The position numbers and the translations under genes are program-made. 32,000 bases of DNA from Geobacter metallireducens GS-15 (GTDB taxonomy: Bacteria > Desulfobacterota > Desulfuromonadia > Geobacterales > Geobacteraceae): positions 840,001 to 872,000 of the forward strand of contig NC_007517.1 of NCBI RefSeq assembly GCF_000012925.1, written 5' to 3'. Below, in pieces: positions 1-8,662 of this stretch (the first letter of the stretch is position 1; each line of letters begins with the position of its first letter). The notes under the pieces are model-generated. The model made no database searches and was not told where the DNA came from. It saw nothing but the letters and a program-made list of their open reading frames with translations.

Positions 1-1086
1 CTCCTCGAAGGTGTGGTCCCTGACCTCGGAGGCGCGCTTTTTGGCGAAAAGAAGCCTCACCATGTCCTCCCGGTCGATGGCGCTCTCGATCTCCCGTTCC
101 CGCAGGAAGAGCCCTTCGAGGATCTGGCGGGTCTCGGCGATGGATTCGTGCTCCTCGGTCCCCCCGATCTTCTTGTCTTTTTTCAGCATGTCGTCGAGGG
201 CGTAGAAGAGGGCACCAGGAATCTTGTTTCGCACCGACAGGGTCTTAAGGCGGGTGAGCCGGGCGTTTTCCAGGGCGCTGATCTCCCCCTTGAGGTGGCA
301 GCCAATGAGGATGTTCTTGTATTCGTCAACGATCCGCCGATTGGCCGGATGTTTGTACATGACATCGATCCGGATCCGCTCCTGCTGGTAGCGGTCGATG
401 TTGTGACGCTCGGCAATGTCCGAAAGCCCGGCGAAATCCTCGTCGGAGATTTTCTTGCTGGCAAAGTAGAGGCTGCGGAAGGTGTCGTAATATTCCCGGT
501 GATGGATGTTCACCAGCTTGAAGAGAAAGAAGAGGGCGCCGGGGTCGTTCAGGAGCCCGAGCACCTCGTCGATGAGGGTGTTCTCGTCATGGGCGCCCAC
601 GGTCGGAGAGCGCTTGAGGGCCTTGCCGACGGCGCGGACGATGGCTGTCTGCTGTTGGCGGAGGCTCGCGCCGAGGCGTTCCGAGGCGAGGAAAAAGAAG
701 TAGTTCGCCACCGCGTTGCCGTCGAAGAAAATTTTGTCGAAGCCCAACTCCCCACTGGTCTGTTCGCTGAAGTGGAGCGTCCCTCCCTCGTCGCCGGAGC
801 GGGCGCCGTAGACCACGAGCCGGTTGATGACATCCCCCTTGGCCAGGTCAGCCATGGGCTGGTCCACGCCGAACATGTACTCGCAGAATGAGCCGCCATT
901 GCCTGCGTGTCGTATGCCGCCGCGGCCGATGACGAACTCGTTGCCGGGGGAGAAGAAGCGAAGCTGCGCCCCGTTGCTCTCGGCGGCGTTGAAGAAGTAG
1001 CGCCGGTGGGCATCCTCGCCAGCCACGATGGCGTAATACTCGATTCGATCGTCGATATGTCCGTGGAGGCGGATGTCTTTGTTCAT
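1..1086 (-). CDS. Conserved hypothetical protein of unknown function; 3' end cut by the window edge (362 codons visible)
   Basis: Absent from the ORF track because there is no stop inside the window. I translated the reverse strand block by block from the ATG (complement of 1084-1086) to base 1. It gives an uninterrupted MNKDIRLHGHIDDRIEYYAIVAGEDAHRRYFFNAAESNG...LFAKKRASEVRDHTFEE, in frame to base 1, with strong GC3 bias like its neighbours. The + ORF 13..891 is its antisense shadow. Confidence 0.7.
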   Translation of the reverse strand, partial: MNKDIRLHGHIDDRIEYYAIVAGEDAHRRYFFNAAESNGAQLRFFSPGNEFVIGRGGIRHAGNGGSFCEYMFGVDQPMADLAKGDVINRLVVYGARSGDEGGTLHFSEQTSGELGFDKIFFDGNAVANYFFFLASERLGASLRQQQTAIVRAVGKALKRSPTVGAHDENTLIDEVLGLLNDPGALFFLFKLVNIHHREYYDTFRSLYFASKKISDEDFAGLSDIAERHNIDRYQQERIRIDVMYKHPANRRIVDEYKNILIGCHLKGEISALENARLTRLKTLSVRNKIPGALFYALDDMLKKDKKIGGTEEHESIAETRQILEGLFLREREIESAIDREDMVRLLFAKKRASEVRDHTFEE

Positions 1087-1120
1087 GGGAACCTTATGCC
1101 GCTTGTTTGGTCAGCTCCGT

Positions 1121-1876
1121 CTACAAAGCAATCTCCATGCCGTCGTATGCAAACTCAACACCTTCGGGGAGCCGCGACTCATCCCCATGGGCCACCTCGT
1201 GGGTCAGGTGGGTAAGGATGGCCCGCTTTGGCTTCAGTTGCTCCACGATCCTGAGCGCCCCCTCGATGTTGAAGTGGTTCTCGTGGGGAGTGTAGCGGAG
1301 GGCGTCCATGATGAGGATGTCCAGGCCGGTCAGGAGCGATAGCGACGAGTCGGGGATGCGGCTGCAGTCGGTGAGGTAGGCGGCGCCGTCGATCCGGTAG
1401 CCGGTGGCGGGCATGGCGCCGTGGTAGAGATGGATCGGGACGATGCTCTGCCCGAAAAGGGCGAACGGTTCGTTCACAATGTGGGCTTCCATGAGGGGAG
1501 AGTAGCCGACCACCTCCAGCCCCCGGAAGATGTAGGAGAAGTTCCTTTGCACCGCCTCCATGGTTGTCCGGCTGCCGTGGCAGGGGATCACCCGGCGGTG
1601 GATGAAGTGAAAACCGCGCAGGTCGTCAATGCCGTTTATGTGGTCGGCGTGGGGATGGGTGAGGAGTACCGCGTCGATGTAGGGAATCCGCTGACGCAGG
1701 GCCTGGCGCCGGAGGTCCGGCGAGGTGTCCACGAGGATGTACTTCCCCGCCGTCTCGATCATGATAGAGGACCGGGTTCGCTTGTCCTTCGGGTCGCTTG
1801 ACGAGCAGACGGGACAGTGGCAGCCGACCATGGGGACGCCGGTTGAGGTGCCGCTGCCGAGAATGGTTATTTTCAT
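1121..1876 (-). CDS. MBL-fold metallo-hydrolase (beta-lactamase superfamily, PhnP-like)
   Basis: ORF 1121..1915. The internal start MKITILGSGTSTGVP at 1876 is preceded by AGGGAA. The HxHxDH motif is present as LTHPHADH, and the length (251 aa) is typical of the family. Confidence 0.85.
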   Translation of the reverse strand: MKITILGSGTSTGVPMVGCHCPVCSSSDPKDKRTRSSIMIETAGKYILVDTSPDLRRQALRQRIPYIDAVLLTHPHADHINGIDDLRGFHFIHRRVIPCHGSRTTMEAVQRNFSYIFRGLEVVGYSPLMEAHIVNEPFALFGQSIVPIHLYHGAMPATGYRIDGAAYLTDCSRIPDSSLSLLTGLDILIMDALRYTPHENHFNIEGALRIVEQLKPKRAILTHLTHEVAHGDESRLPEGVEFAYDGMEIAL

Positions 1877-2005
1877 GTGGTGAATTCCCTGTAAAATATC
1901 TACGAAAAATACCATGAGCCGGAGCAGCCCTGCAAGGGCTTTGTCCTTGCATCGGAAGGCGCAGTCAGGCTACTATCCTCGCTCCGAGAGGAGCCTCCCG
2001 CATAC

Positions 2006-3025
2006 ATGAAAATTGCCCTCATCACTCCCTACTATGCCCCGCCGGTGCGGGGGAACGCCGTTACCGTCAGGCGCATTGCAGCGCATCTTGCCACTGCCGG
2101 GTGCGAGGCGGCCGTCTACTCCCTCGACTGTCTGACCGCGGCCCAAATCCTTGAGGAGATCAGGCAGATGAAGCCGGACGCGATCCACGGTTTCCACGCC
2201 TATCTCGGGGGGCGGGTGGCCCGGGAGATCGCCCGCGTCGTCGGTATCCCCTACATCGTCACCCTGACCGGTTCCGATGTCTACGAAGCCCTTGCTGACG
2301 ATCGGCGGGAAGAATCCCTTGCTGTCCTGCGTGATGCGACTGCCATCGTTGCCTTTGACCCCAGCGTCAAGCACCGCGTGGTCGATCACCACCCGAGTCT
2401 GGCGGCAAAGACCCGGATCATTCCCCAGGGGGTTGAGCTTCCCGGCGAGATTTTTTGCTGGGGAGAGGAGCGCTTCGACGCCGGAGAAATCGTCTTTTTT
2501 CTGCCGGCCGGGCTTCGGCCGGTGAAAAACGTCGGCTTCCCGCTGGCTACCATGGCGGAACTCCACGGGGAGGATTCCCGCGTCCGGCTTGTGGCGGCCG
2601 GCCCGGTCCTCGACGAAACGTATGGGGCAACGGTTCTGGCGGAGATGGTGCGCCATCCCTTCGCCCGCTACCTGGGGGAGGTGGGGCATGACGCCATTGG
2701 TGCCATCTACCGGCGTGCCGACGTGGTCCTCAATACCTCCATCTTCGAGGGGGGGATGGCCAACAGCGTGCTGGAGGCCATGGCCTTCGGCCGGCCGGTC
2801 CTGGCGGCGGACATCGAGGGGAACCGCTCCATCGTGAAGGAGGGGAAGACAGGGCTCCTTTACCGGGACGAGGGGGAGTTGCTCCAAAAGGCCCGGGACC
2901 TGCTGCAGGACGACGGGCTGCGCCGGCGGCTCGGCGAGCAGGGGCGCCGGTTCGTGGAGGAGCGGTTTTCGGCCGGGCGGGAGGCGGAGGCGTACCGGGA
3001 ACTCTATGGGTGGGTGCTGGGGTGA
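2006..3025 (+). CDS. Glycosyltransferase, family 1/GT4-like
   Basis: ORF 2006..3025, with GAGAGGAG upstream. The N-terminus MKIALITPYYAPPVRGN matches the family, as does the C-terminal E-x7-E region FEGGMANSVLEAMAFGRPV. The minus ORF 1973..2887 is an antisense shadow. Confidence 0.85.
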   Translation: MKIALITPYYAPPVRGNAVTVRRIAAHLATAGCEAAVYSLDCLTAAQILEEIRQMKPDAIHGFHAYLGGRVAREIARVVGIPYIVTLTGSDVYEALADDRREESLAVLRDATAIVAFDPSVKHRVVDHHPSLAAKTRIIPQGVELPGEIFCWGEERFDAGEIVFFLPAGLRPVKNVGFPLATMAELHGEDSRVRLVAAGPVLDETYGATVLAEMVRHPFARYLGEVGHDAIGAIYRRADVVLNTSIFEGGMANSVLEAMAFGRPVLAADIEGNRSIVKEGKTGLLYRDEGELLQKARDLLQDDGLRRRLGEQGRRFVEERFSAGREAEAYRELYGWVLG

Positions 3026-3111
3026 GGGTGCGTTCCGGTTGGAGAAATGGTTGGCGGTAGTTCAGCGGCAACACTTCAAGAGGATGCCATGAAGGAAAGG
3101 GAGGAAGATAT

Positions 3112-4560
3112 ATGGGTACTGCACTGGACGCACTGCTGATAGCCAAGGGAGAGAAGGAAGTCTGCCTCCTGCCGCGGATGGCCAACCGCCACGGGCTCGT
3201 GGCCGGCGCCACCGGCACCGGCAAGACGGTGACGCTGCGGGTGCTGGCCGAGCGGTTCAGCGCCATCGGCGTGCCGGTCTTCATGGCCGATGTGAAGGGG
3301 GACCTGTCGGGGCTGGCCCTGCCGGGGGACGAGAACCCCAAGGTGGCCGAACGGGTGGCGAAGATGGGGCTTGAGGGATTCGCCTGCAGCGGTTTCCCCG
3401 TGGTCTTCTGGGACGTCTTCGGGGAGCAGGGGCACCCGGTCCGGACCACGGTCTCTGAGATGGGGCCGCTTCTCCTGTCGCGGCTCCTGAACCTGAACGA
3501 CGTCCAGAGCGGGGTCCTCAACGTCATCTTCAAGGTGGCCGACGACAACGGCCTGCTGCTCCTCGACTTCAAGGACCTCCAGGCCATGGTCCGCTACGTG
3601 GGGGACAACGCCGCCGAGTTCCAGACCGCCTACGGCAACATCTCCGCCGCCAGCATCGGCGCCATCCAGCGGAACCTCCTGGCCTTGGGCGAGCAGGGGG
3701 CGGAGCAGTTCTTCGGGGAGCCGGCCCTGAACCTCCAGGACTTCATGCAGACCGACTCCGACGGCCGGGGGGTGATCAACATCCTCGCCGCCGACAAGCT
3801 GATGCAGTCGCCCAAGCTCTATGCCACCTTCCTCCTCTGGATGCTGTCGGAGCTCTTCGAGCAGCTCCCCGAGGCCGGGGACCCGGAGAAGCCGAACCTG
3901 GTCTTTTTCTTCGACGAGGCGCACCTCCTCTTTGACGACGCCCCCAAGGCCCTGGTGGAGAAGATTGAGCAGGTGGTGCGGCTCATCCGCTCCAAGGGGG
4001 TGGGGATCTACTTCGTGACCCAGAACCCCGTCGACCTCCCCGATACGGTGCTGGGGCAGCTGGGGAATCGAGTCCAGCACGCCCTGCGGGCCTTCACCCC
4101 CAAGGACCAGAAGGGGGTCAGGGCTGCTGCGGAAACCTTCCGGGCCAACCCCGCTTTCTCCGTGGAGACGGTCATCACCCAGCTGGAGGTGGGGGAAGCT
4201 CTTGTATCGGTCCTGGACGGGAAGGGGGCCCCCACCGTGGTGGAGCGGGCCCTGGTCTGCCCACCCCAGAGCCGCTTCGCCCCCCTCGCGGGTGCCGAGC
4301 GGACCGCGGTCATCGCCCGCTCGCCCCTGGCCGGTTTCTACGAGAAAGCGGTGGACCGGGAATCGGCCTACGAGACGCTCAAGGCCAAGACCGAGGCGGC
4401 AGCGCCGGCGCCAGAGGAGGGGAAGAGCGAAGTGGCAAGCCAGGTGGGGACGGTGCTCGGGGCCTTTGCCAAGAGCGCGGCCCACGCCATCGGCAGTCAG
4501 GTGGGACGCCAGATTATCCGGGGGGGGCTGGGATCCCTCTTTGGCGGAGGGCGGCGGTAA
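3112..4560 (+). CDS. DUF853 / YjgR-type P-loop NTPase (HerA/FtsK-like ATPase fold)
   Basis: ORF 3112..4560, with GGGAGGAAG upstream. Walker A is GATGTGKT and the Walker B-like motif is [12 protein letters not shown]. The Gly/Arg-rich C-terminal tail is typical of the family. Confidence 0.85.
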   Translation: MGTALDALLIAKGEKEVCLLPRMANRHGLVAGATGTGKTVTLRVLAERFSAIGVPVFMADVKGDLSGLALPGDENPKVAERVAKMGLEGFACSGFPVVFWDVFGEQGHPVRTTVSEMGPLLLSRLLNLNDVQSGVLNVIFKVADDNGLLLLDFKDLQAMVRYVGDNAAEFQTAYGNISAASIGAIQRNLLALGEQGAEQFFGEPALNLQDFMQTDSDGRGVINILAADKLMQSPKLYATFLLWMLSELFEQLPEAGDPEKPNLVFFFDEAHLLFDDAPKALVEKIEQVVRLIRSKGVGIYFVTQNPVDLPDTVLGQLGNRVQHALRAFTPKDQKGVRAAAETFRANPAFSVETVITQLEVGEALVSVLDGKGAPTVVERALVCPPQSRFAPLAGAERTAVIARSPLAGFYEKAVDRESAYETLKAKTEAAAPAPEEGKSEVASQVGTVLGAFAKSAAHAIGSQVGRQIIRGGLGSLFGGGRR

Positions 4561-4585
4561 CAGCATGCCGGTGCTGGAAACAGCA

Positions 4586-4618
4586 AAAAGGGCGACCCCT
4601 CCAGGTCGCCCTTTTTTT
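4586..4618 (+). terminator. Rho-independent terminator after the DUF853 gene; A-run/T-run on both sides, so probably bidirectional
   Basis: Reads aaaaa GGGCGACC cctcca GGTCGCCC ttttttt: an 8-bp GC stem (4590-4597 / 4604-4611) followed by T7. Confidence 0.8.
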
Positions 4619-4637
4619 GATAGCATCCGGAATGCCG

Positions 4638-5008
4638 CTATCTCGTGAAGTAGCCGTCCGAGAGCGTCTTCAGGAAGAGGACGATGTTGTCCACCTGGGG
4701 CCGAGGGAAAAATCCCATGGCGGTGCGGTTCTGGTCCACTTCCGGCGGCGGGAACATGGTGGCCATGGCTTCGCAGTTTCCGCCCATGCCGCCACCGCCT
4801 CCCATGCCGCCGCACATGCCGCTATCCATGGCCGCACGCCAGTGGTAGTCCACCGGTCGGGGTCCGTTCCGCTGCCGGGACATCCCATGGCGCCACCCAT
4901 ACCGCCACCGCCCATGCCGCCACTGCCGCACTTGAGCCTGGTGACGTCCTTGCCGGCCGCTATGGCATTATCCCAGAACTGGAGGGGAGTTGCCGCATTT
5001 TTCGTAGG
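4638..5008 (-). pseudogene. Met/Gly-rich locus with an apparent frame break; possible decayed small periplasmic or cytochrome-c-like protein, or a sequencing indel
   Basis: Two minus-strand frames both look coding. The upstream frame reads PLQFWDNAIAAGKDVTRLKCGSGGMGGGGMGGAMGCPGSGTDP and has no start codon after the TAA at 5009-5011. The downstream frame reads RPVDYHWRAAMDSGMCGGMGGGGGMGGNCEAMATMFPPPEVDQNRTAMGFFPRPQVDNIVLFLKTLSDGYFTR*. The same Gly-Met DNA repeat (4896-4921 and 4783-4811) is read in different frames, and the switch point is compatible with the C4 run at 4859-4862. Confidence 0.35.
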
Positions 5009-5042
5009 TTAATCAGGAAGGGATTAATCGGTGTTTGTCCCA

Positions 5043-5076
5043 TAAAAGCAAGAGGGCCTCCGGAGAAGCCCTCTTG
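5043..5076 (-). terminator. Probable rho-independent terminator of the ppsA-thioesterase transcript
   Basis: The stem AAGAGGGC (5050-5057) / GCCCTCTT (5068-5075) is followed on the minus strand by GCTTTTATG. It lies 24 nt downstream of the stop at 5100. Confidence 0.6.
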
Positions 5077-5099
5077 GGCTGCGATAATTGCCGCGTTGG

Positions 5100-5543
5100 T
5101 CACTTCCTCTCCCGGCGCCTGGCCCGGCGCTCCCCGGACGCTTCGCAGCGGCGCCGCTCCTCCTCGGTGCGGGGTTCCCACGGCGGGACCTCCGTCGGCT
5201 TCCCTCCCTTGTCCAGGGCCACCATGGTGAAGTATCCCCGGGCCGCCTCGTAACTCTGCCCCGTGAAGACATCCTCCGCCTCAACCATTACCGCCATGTC
5301 GATGGACGTTCGGCCGGTACAGACCACCCGGGCCTCCACCTTGACCACCTCCCCCACATGCACCGGCCGGATGAAGGCGATCTCCTCGGCCCCGGCGGTG
5401 ACCATGTCGCACCGGGCGTAGCGCCAGGCGGTGATGGCCGCCGCCTTGTCCATGAGGCTCATGAGCACCCCGCCGAAGATGTTTCCCGCAGAATTGGTGT
5501 CCTGGGGGAGGAGGGTCTCGATGAGGGTCCAGTCGCGGTTCAT
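5100..5543 (-). CDS. Acyl-CoA thioesterase, hotdog fold (YciA/Acot-like)
   Basis: Lower part of ORF 5100..6059. The start is MNRDWTLIETLLPQDTNSAGNIFGGVLMSLMDKAA at 5543. This ATG overlaps the ppsA stop as ATGA (5540-5543). Confidence 0.8.
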   Translation of the reverse strand: MNRDWTLIETLLPQDTNSAGNIFGGVLMSLMDKAAAITAWRYARCDMVTAGAEEIAFIRPVHVGEVVKVEARVVCTGRTSIDMAVMVEAEDVFTGQSYEAARGYFTMVALDKGGKPTEVPPWEPRTEEERRRCEASGERRARRRERK

Positions 5544-7942
5544 GGTTTCTCTATCTCCTTTTCCATCTCCAGCACCCGCAAGGTGATCTTCAGGATCGAG
5601 TCCGGATTTAACGAGATGGAGTCGATCCCCTCCCGAACCAGGAAGGCGGCGAACTCCGGGTAGTCGCTGGGGGCCTGGCCGCAGATGCCGCTGTGGCGGT
5701 GATTGCGCCGCGCCCCTTCCACCACGCTGGCGATGAGGCGCATGACCCCCGGGTCCCGCTCGTCGAAGACGTGGGCCACCAGGGCCGAGTCCCGGTCGAT
5801 GCCGAGGGTGAGCTGGGTCAGGTCGTTGGAGCCGATGGAGAAGCCGTCGAAGAGCTGCGAGAATTCGTCGATCATGATGACGTTGTTCGGTATCTCGCAC
5901 ATGACGTAGACACCGAGGCCGTTCTCTCCCCGCACGAGGCCGTTTGCCGCCATCTCCGCCAGGACCTTCTCCGCCTCCACGATCCGCCGGCAGAAGGGGA
6001 TCATGGGGATCACGTTCACAAGCCCCATTTCGTCCCGCACCCGTTTCAGCGCCCGGCACTCCAGGGCGAACCCCTCCCGGTACCGCTCGTCGTAGTAGCG
6101 CGAAGCCCCCCGGAAGCCGATCATGGGGTTCTCCTCAGCGGGCTCGAAGGCCCGCCCCCCCAAGAGCGAGGCGTACTCGTTGGACTTGAAATCGCTCATC
6201 CGGACAATGACCGGCTTCGGGTGGAAGGCAGCGGCGATGGTGCCGATCCCCTCGGCCAGCTTCTCCACGAAGTAGGCGGGCGGATCGGGGTAGCCGGCGG
6301 TGAGGCGCCCGATCTCGCGGCGGGACGCCTCGTCCTCTACCCGCTCCGGGTGAACGAGGGCCATGGGGTGGACCTTGATGTGGTTGGTGATGATGAACTC
6401 CATCCGGGCGAGCCCCACGCCGTCGTTGGGGATCCGGCAGAGGGAGAAGGCCTCCTCCGGGTTCCCCAGGTTCATCATGATCCTGGTCCGGGGGCGGCGC
6501 ATCCCCGAGAGGTCCACCCGCTCAATCCGGAAAGGGAGCGCGCCGTCGTAAATACGCCCCACGTCCCCTTCGGCGCAGGAGACGGTGATCTCCCGGCCCG
6601 GGGCGATCCGCCCGGTGCCGTCGCCGGTCCCCACCACCGACGGAATCCCCAGCTCGCGGCTCACGATGGCCGCATGGCAGGTACGCCCCCCCTTGTTGGT
6701 GACGATGGCGGCGGCGGTCTTCATGACCGGCTCCCAGTCAGGAGTGGTGGTGTCGGCCACCAGGACCTCGCCGGGGCTGAATTCGTTCAATTTGTGGACA
6801 TCGGTGATGACCCGGGCCGGGCCGACGGCGATCTTCCCGCCGACGCTGGTGCCGGTGACAAGGACTTCCCCCTTGCGCTCCAGAACATATGTTTCGAGAA
6901 AGTCGAGCCGCTTCTGGGATTCCACCGTCTCGGGGCGGGCCTGGACGATGAAGAGCTCCCCCGAAACCCCGTCCTTGGCCCATTCGATGTCCATGGGGAC
7001 GTCGTGGCCGGCCCGCTTCGAGTAGTGCTCTTCGATGAGAAGGGCCTGGCGGGCCAGCTCCAGCACCTCTGCGTCGGCCAGGCAGTAGTGGCGCCGCTCC
7101 TCCCTGGGCACCTCCACGTTCTTCGTCAGGTGTTTGGAGGTGCCAGTGCCGTAGATCATCTTGATCTTCTTCTCACCGAGCTTGCGCCGGACGATGGGGC
7201 GGAATCCCTGGCGGAGGGGCGGCTTGAAGACGGTGAACTCGTCGGGGTTCACGGCCCCCTGGACCACGTTCTCCCCCAGGCCCCAGGCGCCGGTGACCAG
7301 CACCGTGTCCCGGAAGCCGGTCTCGGTGTCGAGGGTGAAGATGACGCCGCTGGAGGCCCGGTCCGACCGGACCATCTTCATGACCCCGATGGAGAGCCCC
7401 ACCTTGAAGTGGTCGAACCCCTGGTCGATGCGGTAGGAGATGGCCCGGTCGGTGAAGAGCGATGCAAAGCAGCGGCGGCAGGCGTCCAGGAGCTGCACCT
7501 CGCCCCGGATATTCAGGTAGGTTTCCTGCTGACCGGCGAAGGAGGCGGTGGGGAGGTCCTCGGCGGTGGCGGAGCTGCGGACCGCCACATCGCAGTTCTC
7601 GCCGTACTCAATGCAGAGCCGGCGGTAGGCGGCCGTGATTTCCGCCGCCAGGTCCGCCGGGAGCGGCGCGCCGCAGATAAGCTCCCGCACCCGGTGGCCT
7701 CGCAAGGCCAGGTCGTCCACGTCCTCCTTGTGGAGTTTCGCCAGGGTCCGCCGCATCTCGTCCAGCACCCCGGCAGAGCGGACCAGGTACCAGTAGGCCT
7801 CCGCGGTTATGGCGAAGCCGTTGGGTATCTTCACCCCCAGGGGGCGGAGTTCCCGGTACATCTCCCCGAGGGAGGCGTTTTTACCTCCCACGAGGGGGAC
7901 GTCGTCGATGGTGATTGCGGAGAACCAGCGGATCCAGGTCAT
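5540..7942 (-). CDS. ppsA: Phosphoenolpyruvate synthase (pyruvate, water dikinase)
   Basis: ORF 5540..7984. The start MTWIRWFSAITIDDVPLVGGKNASLGEM at 7942 has GGGAGG upstream. The phosphohistidine region is GGRTCHAAIVSRELGIP, and the C-terminal PEP-utilizer motif is FSIGSNDLTQL. Length is 800 aa. Confidence 0.95.
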   Translation of the reverse strand: MTWIRWFSAITIDDVPLVGGKNASLGEMYRELRPLGVKIPNGFAITAEAYWYLVRSAGVLDEMRRTLAKLHKEDVDDLALRGHRVRELICGAPLPADLAAEITAAYRRLCIEYGENCDVAVRSSATAEDLPTASFAGQQETYLNIRGEVQLLDACRRCFASLFTDRAISYRIDQGFDHFKVGLSIGVMKMVRSDRASSGVIFTLDTETGFRDTVLVTGAWGLGENVVQGAVNPDEFTVFKPPLRQGFRPIVRRKLGEKKIKMIYGTGTSKHLTKNVEVPREERRHYCLADAEVLELARQALLIEEHYSKRAGHDVPMDIEWAKDGVSGELFIVQARPETVESQKRLDFLETYVLERKGEVLVTGTSVGGKIAVGPARVITDVHKLNEFSPGEVLVADTTTPDWEPVMKTAAAIVTNKGGRTCHAAIVSRELGIPSVVGTGDGTGRIAPGREITVSCAEGDVGRIYDGALPFRIERVDLSGMRRPRTRIMMNLGNPEEAFSLCRIPNDGVGLARMEFIITNHIKVHPMALVHPERVEDEASRREIGRLTAGYPDPPAYFVEKLAEGIGTIAAAFHPKPVIVRMSDFKSNEYASLLGGRAFEPAEENPMIGFRGASRYYDERYREGFALECRALKRVRDEMGLVNVIPMIPFCRRIVEAEKVLAEMAANGLVRGENGLGVYVMCEIPNNVIMIDEFSQLFDGFSIGSNDLTQLTLGIDRDSALVAHVFDERDPGVMRLIASVVEGARRNHRHSGICGQAPSDYPEFAAFLVREGIDSISLNPDSILKITLRVLEMEKEIEKP

Positions 7943-7960
7943 GGGGGAACCTCCCTGTTG

Positions 7961-8052
7961 CCCCTCGCCCCCAGCCCCTCTCACCGAGGGCGAGGGGAGA
8001 CACCAAACCCCTCCCTCGGGGAGAGGGTGGCCGTAGGCCGGGTGAGGGGTTT
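7961..8052. repeat. GC-rich REP-like palindromic element in the wrbA-ppsA spacer
   Basis: There is a perfect 10-bp stem CCCCTCGCCC (7961-7970) / GGGCGAGGGG (7988-7997). A second 9-bp stem AAACCCCTC (8005-8013) / GAGGGGTTT (8044-8052) encloses GGCC-gta-GGCC (8029-8039) and overlaps the wrbA stop codon. Confidence 0.5.
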
Positions 8053-8662
8053 ATCCTTTTAGCTTCGCCGCGATTTCCGCAATGTACTTCCCTTGGTAGC
8101 GGGCGCCGGCCAGTTCGTTCTCGCTGGGGAGACGCTCTCCCTGGCCTCCGGCAATGGTGGAGGCGCCGTAGGGGGAACCACCGGTGATCTCGTCGATCCG
8201 CATCTGGCCGGCAAAGGCGTAGGGGAGCCCCACGAGCACCATCCCCTGGTGGAGGAGGAAGGTGTGGAAGGTGAGGATGGTGGACTCCTGGCCGCCGTGC
8301 TGGGTGGCGGAGCTGGTGAAGACCCCTCCCGCCTTCCCCACGAGGCCTCCCTTCACCCAGAGGCCGCCGGTGGCGTCCAGGAACTGGCGCATCTGGCCGC
8401 ACATGTTGCCGAAGCGGGTCGGGGTGCCGAAGATGATGGCGTCGGCGGCGGCCAACTCGTCCACGGTGCAGACGGGGATGTGGGCAAAGGCCTTCTGGGG
8501 CTCGACGGCCCCCATTTTCTGCAATACGTCGGTTGGCAGGGTTTCCGGGACACGGCGGAGCACCGCCTCGGCGCCCGAGACCTCCCGGACCCCTTCGGCC
8601 ACGGCCTCGGCCATCCGGTAAATGTGGCCGTACATGGAATAGAACGGAATGAGTACCTTCAT
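8051..8662 (-). CDS. wrbA: NAD(P)H:quinone oxidoreductase, WrbA type (flavodoxin-like)
   Basis: ORF 8051..8662, with AAGGAGGA upstream. Recognisable motifs are [33 protein letters not shown] and GGSPYGAST. Confidence 0.93.
   Translation of the reverse strand: MKVLIPFYSMYGHIYRMAEAVAEGVREVSGAEAVLRRVPETLPTDVLQKMGAVEPQKAFAHIPVCTVDELAAADAIIFGTPTRFGNMCGQMRQFLDATGGLWVKGGLVGKAGGVFTSSATQHGGQESTILTFHTFLLHQGMVLVGLPYAFAGQMRIDEITGGSPYGASTIAGGQGERLPSENELAGARYQGKYIAEIAAKLKG

Noticed and set aside
13-891. A 292-aa ORF on the + strand at the left edge
   Set aside because: It is antisense to the open-ended minus-strand ORF (1..1086) that I verified codon by codon. The + product is Gly/Val/Glu/Asp-rich shadow sequence.
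3076-4815. A 579-aa ORF on the - strand
   Set aside because: It is the antisense shadow of the DUF853 ATPase gene and reads through a strong terminator. The same applies to 1973..2887 (-), 21089..22495 (-) and 22844..24052 (-), which lie opposite the GT4, binding-protein and GGDEF-EAL genes.
4617-5012. A 131-aa + strand ORF with His- and Pro-rich tracts
   Set aside because: It starts inside the T-run of the terminator at 4586-4618 and is the complement of the Gly/Met codon repeats. The minus-strand frames have better codon bias and a plausible C-terminal domain.
5693-8062. A 789-aa ORF on the + strand, the longest in this region
   Set aside because: It lies exactly antisense to ppsA. Its translation is low-complexity Gly/Arg/Pro/Asp/His-rich with no motifs. 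It is the usual stop-free shadow frame produced by high GC3 in the real gene.
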